Shown in pieces: positions 1 to 8,624 of a stretch of 47,363 bases of DNA. The DNA is taken from positions 15,833 through 63,195 of the forward strand of contig CAYLXC010000003.1 of NCBI GenBank assembly GCA_964387865.1. Reading direction: 5' to 3'. Position 1 is the stretch's first letter. The number at the start of each line of letters is the position of its first letter. The notes under the pieces were generated by a model. That model was given only the letters and a program-made list of their open reading frames with translations, did no database searches and had not been told where the DNA came from. The translations under genes and the position numbers were made by a program. This stretch comes from an uncultured Gammaproteobacteria bacterium. GTDB lineage: Bacteria > Patescibacteriota > Microgenomatia > Daviesbacterales > UBA10151.

Positions 1-218
1 CACCAACTATTGCAAAGCCTCTTTTAGATCCATATAAAATCTCAAGATTTTTGGGTATAGGTCTTATTTCTATACTAGTTATCCTACTCTTTATTGATGT
101 TTTGATACTAAGGAGAAGAGGGGTATTACGGCTTACCTCACATCATTTTGCCCATATGGCGCTTTTATCAATTGCAGCAGCAAGTATTTTAAGTAGCAGG
201 AGTGGAAGTATACTTTAG
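1..218 (+). CDS. 3' end of a membrane protein (partial); possibly the C-terminal TM tail of a CAP/SCP-domain protein
   Basis: Frame from base 3 is open to TAG at 216-218: PTIAKPLLDPYKISRFLGIGLISILVILLFIDVLILRRRGVLRLTSHHFAHMALLSIAAASILSSRSGSIL. Two hydrophobic segments flank a basic loop. Not in the ORF track. The CAP assignment is from recollection only. Confidence 0.7.
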   Translation, partial: PTIAKPLLDPYKISRFLGIGLISILVILLFIDVLILRRRGVLRLTSHHFAHMALLSIAAASILSSRSGSIL

Positions 219-237
219 AAGTAACAAGTAACAAGTA
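219..237 (+). repeat. Heptamer tandem repeat (AAGTAAC)x2.7 filling the intergenic spacer
   Basis: AAGTAAC AAGTAAC AAGTA lies between the TAG at 218 and the ATG at 237. Confidence 0.8.
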
Positions 238-404
238 TGACGATAGAAATTAAAATCTTGTTAATAGCTGTAGTTCTGTATCTCATATGGGCGCTCTGGC
301 ATCATAGGAGGGATAAGAGTTTGACTTTACCTATTTTTTTGGAGTATGTTTTAACAGCTGTCCTGGTTTTAATATTATTTGCGGGAGTTCTATTATTTAA
401 ATGA
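237..404 (+). CDS. Small 55-aa two-TM membrane protein
   Basis: MTIEIKILLIAVVLYLIWALWHHRRDKSLTLPIFLEYVLTAVLVLILFAGVLLFK; its TGA overlaps the rmlA ATG (ATGA). Not in the ORF track. Confidence 0.8.
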   Translation: MTIEIKILLIAVVLYLIWALWHHRRDKSLTLPIFLEYVLTAVLVLILFAGVLLFK

Positions 405-1480
405 AGGCTATAATTCCAACAGGTGGCCGTGGAACCAGAATGCGGCCGCTAACATTTTCTACAAATAAGCATTTTATTCCGATTGCTAATAAACCAATTA
501 TTTTTTATCCAATCGAGGCAGTTGCAGAAGCAGGAATTAAGGAGGTTGCCATAACTTATAATCTGGGTGGCTTGGATGAAGCAAAGGAAATTTTGGGGGA
601 TGGTTCAAGATGGGGTCTGAAGTTCGCCTATGTTTTACAAGAAAAACCTAAAGGTCTTGCAAATATTTTTCAAGTATGCGAGGAATATTTGAATGGGGAT
701 TCTTTTGTTTTGCATCTTGGGGATAATATTTTCGTTGACGGGATAAATGAGCAGGTTGAGTATTTTTTAAAAGAAAAACCAAATGCTTTGGTAACAATGG
801 TTAAACATAAAGATAATAAAAGACTTGGTGTGCCTTTTTTTGATGAGAATGGGAAATTCTTAAAATATGTGGAAAAGCCTGAAAATCCCCCAAATGATTT
901 TGGAATTCCGGGTCTTTATTTTTTTGATAGGGAAGTTTTTAAATCTTTCAAAGGTGAGGGGGCAATAAAACCTTCCGAGCGGGGAGAGCTTGAGATTTCT
1001 TCTCCATATAATTGGTTAATTGATCATGGATTTAGGGTTGACGCTTTGGAATATAAAGGGGTTTGGATGGATCCTGGGAAATTTGACGACTGGCTTTTGG
1101 CAAATGAATATCTATTGGAGCATAAAATGGAGGAACTACGAGAGAGTGAAGTAGGTGAGAGTGAAATTGGAGGAAAAGTATCAATTGGAAGCGGATGTAA
1201 AATTAGTAAATCTAAAATTAAAGGGCCGGTAATTATCGGTGATAATGTGGAAATTTTGGATTCTGAAATAGGACAACACACATCTATTAATGATGGATGT
1301 GAAATAAGAAATAGTAGGTTGGAGAATAGTGTTTTGATGAAGGGTGTAAAAATAGAAAATGTCAAAGATCACCCAATAACGGAAAGCTTGATAGGGACAG
1401 ACACCCAAGTTTTAGGTGCTAATGGACACAACCCAAAAACCTCACTTTTTGTTGGGGAAAAGTGTAAAATTCAGTTATGA
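401..1480 (+). CDS. rmlA: Glucose-1-phosphate thymidylyltransferase, long form with C-terminal left-handed beta-helix
   Basis: GGRGTRMRPLT, KHFIPIANKP, QEKPKGLA, EKP and RGELEI motifs; hexapeptide-repeat tail; adjacent to rmlB and rmlC. Confidence 0.92.
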   Translation: MKAIIPTGGRGTRMRPLTFSTNKHFIPIANKPIIFYPIEAVAEAGIKEVAITYNLGGLDEAKEILGDGSRWGLKFAYVLQEKPKGLANIFQVCEEYLNGDSFVLHLGDNIFVDGINEQVEYFLKEKPNALVTMVKHKDNKRLGVPFFDENGKFLKYVEKPENPPNDFGIPGLYFFDREVFKSFKGEGAIKPSERGELEISSPYNWLIDHGFRVDALEYKGVWMDPGKFDDWLLANEYLLEHKMEELRESEVGESEIGGKVSIGSGCKISKSKIKGPVIIGDNVEILDSEIGQHTSINDGCEIRNSRLENSVLMKGVKIENVKDHPITESLIGTDTQVLGANGHNPKTSLFVGEKCKIQL

Positions 1481-2475
1481 AGATTTTAGTAACTGGTGGT
1501 GCTGGTTTTATAGGTTCCAACTTTATACATTACTGGCTAAAAAATCATCCTCAAGATCAGGTTGTTAATTTAGATGCGCTTACATATGCAGGTCATCTGG
1601 AGTCCTTAAAGGATGTTGGAAATAACCCTAATTATCATTTTATACATGGAGATATAACCAACCCTAAAGGCGTTAAGAGAGCTATGGATGGTGTTGATAT
1701 GGTTGTTCATTTTGCAGCGGAGTCCCATGTTGATAGATCAGTTTTAGATCCGATGACTTTTGTAAAAACAAATGTTTTGGGAACAGGTGTCCTGCTTGAG
1801 GCGGCATTGGAACATAAAGTAAAAAGATTTCATCATGTCTCAACAGATGAGGTATACGGGCAACTTGGACTAAATGATACGCCCTTTAATGAGCAGACAC
1901 CATACAAACCAAGGACTCCATATGCAGCATCTAAAGCAGGGTCAGACCATCTGGTTAGGGCTTACCATCAAACATATGGTTTACCCATTACCATTACGAA
2001 TTGTTCAAATAATTTTGGTCCATACCAGGATGTAGAAAAACTTATCCCACGTTTTATTACCAATTTGTTACAAGATCAAAAAGTTCCTTTGATGGGACAA
2101 GGTGAGAATATCAGGGATTGGTTATATGTTGATGATCACTCAAGAGCAATTGAGCTTATTCTAGAGAAGGGTACAATTGGTGAGACTTATTGTGTTGGAG
2201 GAGAGGAGAAGTCTAATTTGGAGGTTACTCAGAAAATTTTGGAAATTCTGGGAAAAGGGGAAGAGTGGATTGAAAATGTTGAGCACAGGTTAGGCCATGA
2301 TCTAAGGTACGCTATAGATGATAATAAATTAAGAGGTTTAGGTTGGTCACCAGAACATTCTTTTGATGAGTGGCTTAAGAAGGTAATTGAATGGTATAAA
2401 GAAAACGAGTTGTGGTGGAAGAGTTTAAAAAGTGGCAGGCCAAATGTGGATCGAACAGCTCAGAAAGGATATTAG
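1477..2475 (+). CDS. rmlB: dTDP-glucose 4,6-dehydratase
   Basis: GGAGFIG, HFAAESHVDRS, STDEVYG, YAASK and GHDLRYAID motifs. Confidence 0.97.
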   Translation: MKILVTGGAGFIGSNFIHYWLKNHPQDQVVNLDALTYAGHLESLKDVGNNPNYHFIHGDITNPKGVKRAMDGVDMVVHFAAESHVDRSVLDPMTFVKTNVLGTGVLLEAALEHKVKRFHHVSTDEVYGQLGLNDTPFNEQTPYKPRTPYAASKAGSDHLVRAYHQTYGLPITITNCSNNFGPYQDVEKLIPRFITNLLQDQKVPLMGQGENIRDWLYVDDHSRAIELILEKGTIGETYCVGGEEKSNLEVTQKILEILGKGEEWIENVEHRLGHDLRYAIDDNKLRGLGWSPEHSFDEWLKKVIEWYKENELWWKSLKSGRPNVDRTAQKGY

Positions 2476-2480
2476 CAGCA

Positions 2481-3035
2481 ATGGATAACGATTTTGTATT
2501 AAAAACCTCAATTGATGGTTTGCTTATTTTAAAAAGACCTATTAATAAGGATGAAAGAGGTTTTTTTAGGGAAATTTTTCATCTTGATGAGATAGAAAAA
2601 ATTTTAGGTACTCAATTTGTTGGTGTTCAAATGAATCATGCTTTTTCAAAGCCCAATGTTTTGAGGGGAATCCATGCTGAAAATTGGAATAAGATTATTT
2701 GTCCAATAAACGGGGAAGTATTTGTTGCAATTGTTGACATAAGGCCTGATTCACCTACTTTTAAAAAGGTGGAAACCTTTGAAATAAATGATCAAAACAA
2801 AATAGCATTATTTGTATCTGAAGGCTTGGCAAATTCATATTGTGTAATTGGAAATAAAGGTGTGGACTATATTTATTTAGTGGATGCTTACTATGACGGG
2901 TCCGATACAAGGGCAGTTGCCTGGGATGATCCGGATTTGGCAATTGATTGGCCTATTAAGGACCCAATAATTTCTGAAAGGGATAAGAATAATCCAAGAC
3001 TTCGTGATCTTTTTCCAAAATTGTTTAAACAGTAG
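2481..3035 (+). CDS. rmlC: dTDP-4-dehydrorhamnose 3,5-epimerase
   Basis: DERGFFRE, LRGIH, VDIRPDSPTF, WDDPDLAIDWP and SERD motifs. ATG 2481 is preferred over the track start at 2412, which overlaps rmlB. Confidence 0.93.
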   Translation: MDNDFVLKTSIDGLLILKRPINKDERGFFREIFHLDEIEKILGTQFVGVQMNHAFSKPNVLRGIHAENWNKIICPINGEVFVAIVDIRPDSPTFKKVETFEINDQNKIALFVSEGLANSYCVIGNKGVDYIYLVDAYYDGSDTRAVAWDDPDLAIDWPIKDPIISERDKNNPRLRDLFPKLFKQ

Positions 3036-3036
3036 A

Positions 3037-3065
3037 TTGACTCGCAGGTAGTTTTTAGTTAAACT
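3037..3065 (+). promoter_or_regulatory. Putative sigma70 promoter for gmd
   Basis: TTGACT (3037-3042), 17-bp spacer, TAAACT (3060-3065); ATG follows 10 nt later. Confidence 0.6.
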
Positions 3066-3075
3066 GAAAAAAATT

Positions 3076-4092
3076 ATGGCGAAAAGCAAACGTGTTTTTA
3101 TTACGGGAATTACTGGGCAAGACGGGTCATATCTTAGTGAACTTCTATTAAGTAAGGGATATGAAGTTGCAGGTTTGGTCAGAAGAAATGCAGCAGCAGA
3201 TTTAGGAAATATTGAGGAATTTAAGGATGAGATAAAAATTTACTATGGTGATTTGCAGTCTGTTGAGTCAATAGCTCTGGCGCTTTTGGATTTCCAGCCG
3301 GATGAGATCTATAATTTGGCATCCCTCTCTTCACCTTTAGCATCGTTTTCTGATAAATTTGCATCAATTATGGTTACAGGAGTTGGAGCATTGCATGTAT
3401 TTGAAAGAGCAAAATATATTGTTCCGGATGCAAAAATTTATCAGGCTTCAACATCCGAAATGTTTGGTGCACCAAAAATTATTCCACAAAATGAGGATAC
3501 ACCATTTAATCCTGCTAATCCTTATGCTGCTTCCAAAGAATTTGCCCACAGAATGGCTGTTATTGCAAGAAATGATAAAGTAAGTCCGCAATTTATTACC
3601 TGTGGAATTTTATTTAATCATGAAAGCCCGAGACGCGGTTTAAATTTTGTTACCAGAAAAATCACAGCAGCTGTTGCTTGCATAAAAAATAATAAAAAAG
3701 AAGGGATACCGCTAAATGAAATTGGTGAGCCGATTGTAAAAAATGGCAAGTTAAAACTTGGGGATTTGGATGCAAAAAGGGATTGGGGGTATGCACCGGA
3801 TTATGTAGAAGCTATGTGGAGAATGTTGCAGGAGAAAAGGGCTGATGACTTTGTAATTGGGACAGGTGAAACTCACACTGTTGGGGAGTTTGCAAAAGAG
3901 GCATTTGAAGTACTGGGACTTGATTGGAAAGATTATGTTGAGAGTGATCCCAATTTTGTTCCACCTATTCAAACGGGTCCACTTTGTGCGGATGCAACAA
4001 AAGCTAAGAGAGTTTTAGGCTGGGAAGTTAAAACTAAATTTGATGATTTAGTAAAGATCATGGTGCATGCAGATTTGGCAAAGTTTAGTTGA
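3076..4092 (+). CDS. gmd: GDP-mannose 4,6-dehydratase (divergent)
   Basis: ITGITGQDGSYL, QASTSEMFG, YAASK, GILFNHESPRRG, FVTRKIT and AKRDWG motifs. Confidence 0.88.
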   Translation: MAKSKRVFITGITGQDGSYLSELLLSKGYEVAGLVRRNAAADLGNIEEFKDEIKIYYGDLQSVESIALALLDFQPDEIYNLASLSSPLASFSDKFASIMVTGVGALHVFERAKYIVPDAKIYQASTSEMFGAPKIIPQNEDTPFNPANPYAASKEFAHRMAVIARNDKVSPQFITCGILFNHESPRRGLNFVTRKITAAVACIKNNKKEGIPLNEIGEPIVKNGKLKLGDLDAKRDWGYAPDYVEAMWRMLQEKRADDFVIGTGETHTVGEFAKEAFEVLGLDWKDYVESDPNFVPPIQTGPLCADATKAKRVLGWEVKTKFDDLVKIMVHADLAKFS

Positions 4093-4100
4093 TTTTCCTC

Positions 4101-5285
4101 ATGAAAATACTATCAGTGGTGCTCCCCACTTTTAACGAGAAAGCAAATATTACCCAAACGATAAGGAAGGTTTTAGAACAGGAAAAAACTTTAAAAGGGT
4201 ATGAAATCCATATTGTTGTCGCGGATGATTTGAGGACCTCAGACGGGACTGATCAGATTGTAAGGGATTTGGCATCTAAAAATAATAATATCCATCTTTT
4301 GAAAGTTGATCCGGGTTTGGGTGTGGGGCTGATTTTGGGACATAAATATGCCCTGGAAAAGATTCATCCGAATATTTTGGCTCAACTTGATGCTGATGGA
4401 CAGGTTGTGACGGATGTTTTAGTAAGACTTGTAAGGACAATTGAGGATGGATTTGATTTAGCAATTGGATCAAGATTTGTTGAAGGTGGGCAGAATCAAC
4501 TTACAATAGGAAGAAGAATTTTTACTTATGGGGCATCTGCTTTTTGCCGTATTGTCATGGGTCCCTCTGATATAAAGGAATTTACAAATTCTGCAAGAGC
4601 ATTTACACCCCGACTGTTTAGAAAACTAAATCTGGAAACACTTCCGTGGAAAGAAGCAACATTCATAATACAGCCAGCTTTTTTACATGAGGCAATTCTG
4701 GCAGGTGCAAAATATAAAGAAGTACCTTTAATATTTAAGAATCGTTTAGAGGGGTATTCTAAAAACAAAGTGTTTAACTACACTTATGACATAATCACAT
4801 ATGCAATTGATACAAGATTACATGCGTGGGGATATAATTTCCCTTTTTATCGCTTAAGCCGTCGTGCTAAAACTCCGGTTAAGTTTGGGTTGGTCGGATT
4901 TATAGGAACTATAGTAGATTTTATCTTTTATAAAATATTCATAAACTTGATGGGATTTCCACCTGCAACTTCAAAGGGGTTTTCAACCGAGATTGCAATA
5001 ATTAATAATTTTTTTCTAAATAATTACTGGACTTTTCGTTATAGAAAAACCAAAACTAATATTTGGCAAAAATTGGGAATTTTTAATTTGGTAAGTTTGG
5101 GAGGACTTATTATTGGAGTGTTGATTGTAAAGTATTTACATTTAACTTACGGGGATGGATTTGTAGATTTAGGTTTTAGAAAGATTGCTTTTAATAACTT
5201 TTATTTTTTTGCAACAATTCCTTTTGTGATGAGCTGGAATTTCATGATGAATCATTTTATAACCTGGAGAAGGCAAGAGGATTAA
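4101..5285 (+). CDS. GT2 polyprenol-phosphate glycosyltransferase (DPM1-like) fused to a C-terminal GtrA-like 4-TM domain
   Basis: VLPTFNE, DADGQ, IGSRF and EVPLIFKNR..G.SK; C-terminal KFGLVGFIGTIVD...NFFLNNYWTF...WNF GtrA pattern. ATG 4101 preferred as start. Confidence 0.88.
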   Translation: MKILSVVLPTFNEKANITQTIRKVLEQEKTLKGYEIHIVVADDLRTSDGTDQIVRDLASKNNNIHLLKVDPGLGVGLILGHKYALEKIHPNILAQLDADGQVVTDVLVRLVRTIEDGFDLAIGSRFVEGGQNQLTIGRRIFTYGASAFCRIVMGPSDIKEFTNSARAFTPRLFRKLNLETLPWKEATFIIQPAFLHEAILAGAKYKEVPLIFKNRLEGYSKNKVFNYTYDIITYAIDTRLHAWGYNFPFYRLSRRAKTPVKFGLVGFIGTIVDFIFYKIFINLMGFPPATSKGFSTEIAIINNFFLNNYWTFRYRKTKTNIWQKLGIFNLVSLGGLIIGVLIVKYLHLTYGDGFVDLGFRKIAFNNFYFFATIPFVMSWNFMMNHFITWRRQED

Positions 5286-6445
5286 TTGAAAATTTCTAAA
5301 TTTGGGATTGGGGCAGCATTTGAAAGGATAAAATTTTGGGCATAGAGATAAATTGCTAATAATATAATAGGAAGAATAATTTTAAACTCTTTAGATGTTA
5401 AAACTTTTTCAAAGGCAATCAATATAAATGGGGTGATGGGTAGAATGTATCTTGATACATCACGGTGGGCAATGAAAATGGACGCTGTAAGGTATGTTAA
5501 AACGAAGAAAGCTACAGTATAAAGTTTTCTTTTCCATAAAATTACTCCACCTAAGAATCCCAAGACAAAAGTATAGATAATATCCTCAAGCCAAATATCT
5601 CCTACCCAAAATTGATCTTTATTAAAAACCTGAAATGGAGGGAATGTTAAATGAATATTATCTCCACTTTTAAAATAGGCAAAGAAATCTTGGTAAGTTA
5701 TGGAATACCATGTAAATATTGATAAAAGCCCGAGCGGTATTAAAAGGAGGGGAGAATTTGTACCAAGTATTCGAATAATCGAAGTAGAGTGGATTCTATC
5801 TTTTATAACTTTCCAAAACAAAAATAAAGATAAGGCTATGAAAAGTAAAATCCCGGGAGGTCTCGTGATTTGGGCAAAGAAGCCAGTGATTGCTGCAATA
5901 AAGATATCATTAGAATGACCTGTTTGTTCAAATCTAATGAAAAAATAAAGGGTTGTAATTATTAAAAATATGAATAATGGTTCTGATGAACCAATTGAGT
6001 GAACAATTAGCCATCTCGCAGGAAAGATTAAGAATATGAATGATAAAAACAGTGGATGAGAGGATAGTTTAAGATTTTTAACAAAAAAGTAAAATGCCCA
6101 AACCGCAAGGATTGTGGAGGAAATAGAAACAAAGAGCATGGATTTTAGATAGCCTAAAATTGGGGCAAAAAGGGCAATTGCTATAGAATATCCTGGAAAA
6201 TGAGAGGAAAAATAGTTTGCGGAAAGCGGCTGGTCCAGTGAGCCGATTAACTCTGGGTCATAAAATGTTCTTGCGATGATTACATATTCTAACCCGTCAA
6301 AGTTTCTATAAATTGTTGCAAAACCATTAGAAAAATTTAATCCCCAAAAGGATGGGATGGCCAAAAGATGTGGAAGCCAAATAAGAATGGTTATTGATAG
6401 CGTAAGAGCTGCCAAAACAATTAGATCTTTAATTGTTTTGTTCAT
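5282..6445 (-). CDS. GT-C membrane glycosyltransferase, PIG-V/mannosyltransferase-like ('NFDG' family)
   Basis: Multi-TM; NFDGLEYVIIA, FPGY, SEPLF, TRPPG and SRY motifs; shares motif order with 43498-44661. Confidence 0.75.
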   Translation of the reverse strand: MNKTIKDLIVLAALTLSITILIWLPHLLAIPSFWGLNFSNGFATIYRNFDGLEYVIIARTFYDPELIGSLDQPLSANYFSSHFPGYSIAIALFAPILGYLKSMLFVSISSTILAVWAFYFFVKNLKLSSHPLFLSFIFLIFPARWLIVHSIGSSEPLFIFLIITTLYFFIRFEQTGHSNDIFIAAITGFFAQITRPPGILLFIALSLFLFWKVIKDRIHSTSIIRILGTNSPLLLIPLGLLSIFTWYSITYQDFFAYFKSGDNIHLTFPPFQVFNKDQFWVGDIWLEDIIYTFVLGFLGGVILWKRKLYTVAFFVLTYLTASIFIAHRDVSRYILPITPFILIAFEKVLTSKEFKIILPIILLAIYLYAQNFILSNAAPIPNLEIFN

Positions 6446-6451
6446 AATTTG

Positions 6452-6461
6452 ATGTTAGCAT
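6452..6461. promoter_or_regulatory. Putative bidirectional extended -10 promoter
   Basis: Near-palindrome ATGTTAGCAT reads TG-t-TAGCAT on + and TG-c-TAACAT on -. Each hexamer is exactly 6 nt from the divergent ATG (6468 and 6445). Confidence 0.6.
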
Positions 6462-6467
6462 ATTACC

Positions 6468-8624
6468 ATGTCTATTAAAAATCTCTCCGTATTTTTTCCG
6501 ACTTTTAATGAGGAAGGAAATGTAGAAATAACAGTAAAAAGGGCAACTGTAGTACTAAAGAATCTTGGTTTGAATTATGAAATCATAATTGTAAATGACG
6601 GATCAAAGGATAAAACTGGAGAGATAGCAGATGATCTGGCAAAAAAAGATCCTCATATAAAAGTAATCCATCATCAGAAAAATTTAGGTTATGGGGAGGC
6701 ATTAAAATCAGGTTTTTATAATGCAAAATATGAAATCATTTGTTACACAGATGGCGATGGGCAGTTTGATTTTTCCCAAGTTTCTAAATTTTTGGAAAAA
6801 ATTGAAGATCATGATTTAGTAATTGGTTACAGGATTAAAAGACAAGACCCGCTATATAGAATACTTTTTAAAAAAGGTTGGAAATTATCACTCTTAACTT
6901 TTTTTGGCCTCACGTTTAAAGATGTTGATTGCGGTTTTAAGATGATTAAAAAAGAAGTTTTGGAAAAAATTCCACATCTTGAATCAACAAGAGGAGCAAT
7001 GATTAATGCTGAGCTTGCTATAAAAACAAAAAAGTATGGTTTCAAGATAGCGCAAGTTGGAGTCAATCATTTTCCAAGGCTTTCAGGAAAACCAACAGGT
7101 GCAAGTTTAAATGTAATTTTAATTTCTTTTTTGGATTTACTCAGGCTTTGGTGGAAACTTATGGATCAAAAATGGGCATTTTTAGCTCTTTTGGGAATTT
7201 TGGTAATTGCTTCATTCCTTCGGCTATATAAAATCGACCAATATATGATTTTTTTGGGAGATGAAGGAAGGGATGCAATAATTGTTAAGAAAATGATTTA
7301 TGAACATCACTTTCCCTTAATTGGTCCTCCAACCTCTGCTGGAAATATTTATTTGGGGCCGCTTTATTACTATATGATGCTTATTCCTATGGCAATTTTT
7401 AACCTTAACCCAGTTTCTGCAGCAGTTATGGTAGCAATAATTGGAGTTTTAACCATTTGGCTTATTTATTATTTAGGGAAGGTGTGGTTTGGAAATACTT
7501 CGGGATTAGTCTCAGCATTTTTATATGCCATCTCTCCGGTTACTATAAATTACAGCAATTTTTCCTGGAACCCGAATCCTCTCCCGTTTTTTGCCCTGCT
7601 ATCAATCTACGGATTTTATAAAGTTAATAAAAGTGGAAATTTTCTATGGTTAATATTAAGTGGTTTATCAGTTGCGGCAGCAATACAGATGCATTACCTG
7701 GCACTTATTTTGATACCAGTTATGGGAATTTTGTGGATACATCAAATCAGTATTAGATTTAGAAGAAAATATCAAACAAAGAATTTGATTAGCGGTACGA
7801 TTTTGGGGATATTGTCATTTTTGCTTTTGATGTCCCCTCTTTTGTGGTTTGATTTAAGGCATGATTTTTTAAATTATAAGGCAATTAGTCAATTTTTTAG
7901 TGAAGGAGGTACAGTCAAAGGGGATATTTTTGGAAACATTATGAGAATTCCTGAAATTTATTCACAAGATTTAATAGGTAGATATATGGTGGGAGAAAAT
8001 ATTTATTTATCCATTGTAGTATCTGGACTTATTATTTTTTCATTGTTTAGAAAAAGTTGGCCGATTTTTTGTTTAGGGGTCTGGCTTATGGTAGGTATTT
8101 TTGGTCTTTCATTTTACCAGGGAGAAATTTTTGACCATTATTTAGGATTTTTAAATCCGGCCCCGTTTTTACTTTTTGGCTCACTTACGTCAATCCATTT
8201 AAGAATCAGACAGGGGTGGATTATAAGTGGGGTTTTGGTAATGACAATAATTTTGACTATTTTTAATTTACAAAAAAATCCTTTGAGAACCTCACCAAAT
8301 AATCAGTTGCAACGGACAAAGGATATTGCAAAATATATTATTTCAAAATCTGAAAACAAACCATTTAATTTTGCATTGCTTGCCAAAAATAATTATGACT
8401 CGGCTTATCAGTTTTATTTGGATATATGCGGGTATAAGCCAAAACAAGTTCCATTTGATATAACAAACCAGCTTTTTGTTGTTTGTGAGGATCAAATCTG
8501 TGAACCTATTAATCATCCAAAACAGGAAATTTCTCATTTTGGATGGTCAAGAATTGAATGGGAGGAAGAAGCCTATGGGGTGAAAATATTTAAGCTTGTA
8601 CATAATCCAAGTGGAAAACCATGA
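6468..8624 (+). CDS. Fusion: N-terminal GT2 (polyprenol-P-sugar synthase-like) plus C-terminal ArnT/PMT-like GT-C
   Basis: aa 1 to about 230: PTFNEE, NDGSKD, NLGYG, DGDGQF, DVDCGFK. Then a multi-TM domain with FLGDEGRD, GPLYYY, WNPN and QMHY. Confidence 0.88.
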   Translation: MSIKNLSVFFPTFNEEGNVEITVKRATVVLKNLGLNYEIIIVNDGSKDKTGEIADDLAKKDPHIKVIHHQKNLGYGEALKSGFYNAKYEIICYTDGDGQFDFSQVSKFLEKIEDHDLVIGYRIKRQDPLYRILFKKGWKLSLLTFFGLTFKDVDCGFKMIKKEVLEKIPHLESTRGAMINAELAIKTKKYGFKIAQVGVNHFPRLSGKPTGASLNVILISFLDLLRLWWKLMDQKWAFLALLGILVIASFLRLYKIDQYMIFLGDEGRDAIIVKKMIYEHHFPLIGPPTSAGNIYLGPLYYYMMLIPMAIFNLNPVSAAVMVAIIGVLTIWLIYYLGKVWFGNTSGLVSAFLYAISPVTINYSNFSWNPNPLPFFALLSIYGFYKVNKSGNFLWLILSGLSVAAAIQMHYLALILIPVMGILWIHQISIRFRRKYQTKNLISGTILGILSFLLLMSPLLWFDLRHDFLNYKAISQFFSEGGTVKGDIFGNIMRIPEIYSQDLIGRYMVGENIYLSIVVSGLIIFSLFRKSWPIFCLGVWLMVGIFGLSFYQGEIFDHYLGFLNPAPFLLFGSLTSIHLRIRQGWIISGVLVMTIILTIFNLQKNPLRTSPNNQLQRTKDIAKYIISKSENKPFNFALLAKNNYDSAYQFYLDICGYKPKQVPFDITNQLFVVCEDQICEPINHPKQEISHFGWSRIEWEEEAYGVKIFKLVHNPSGKP

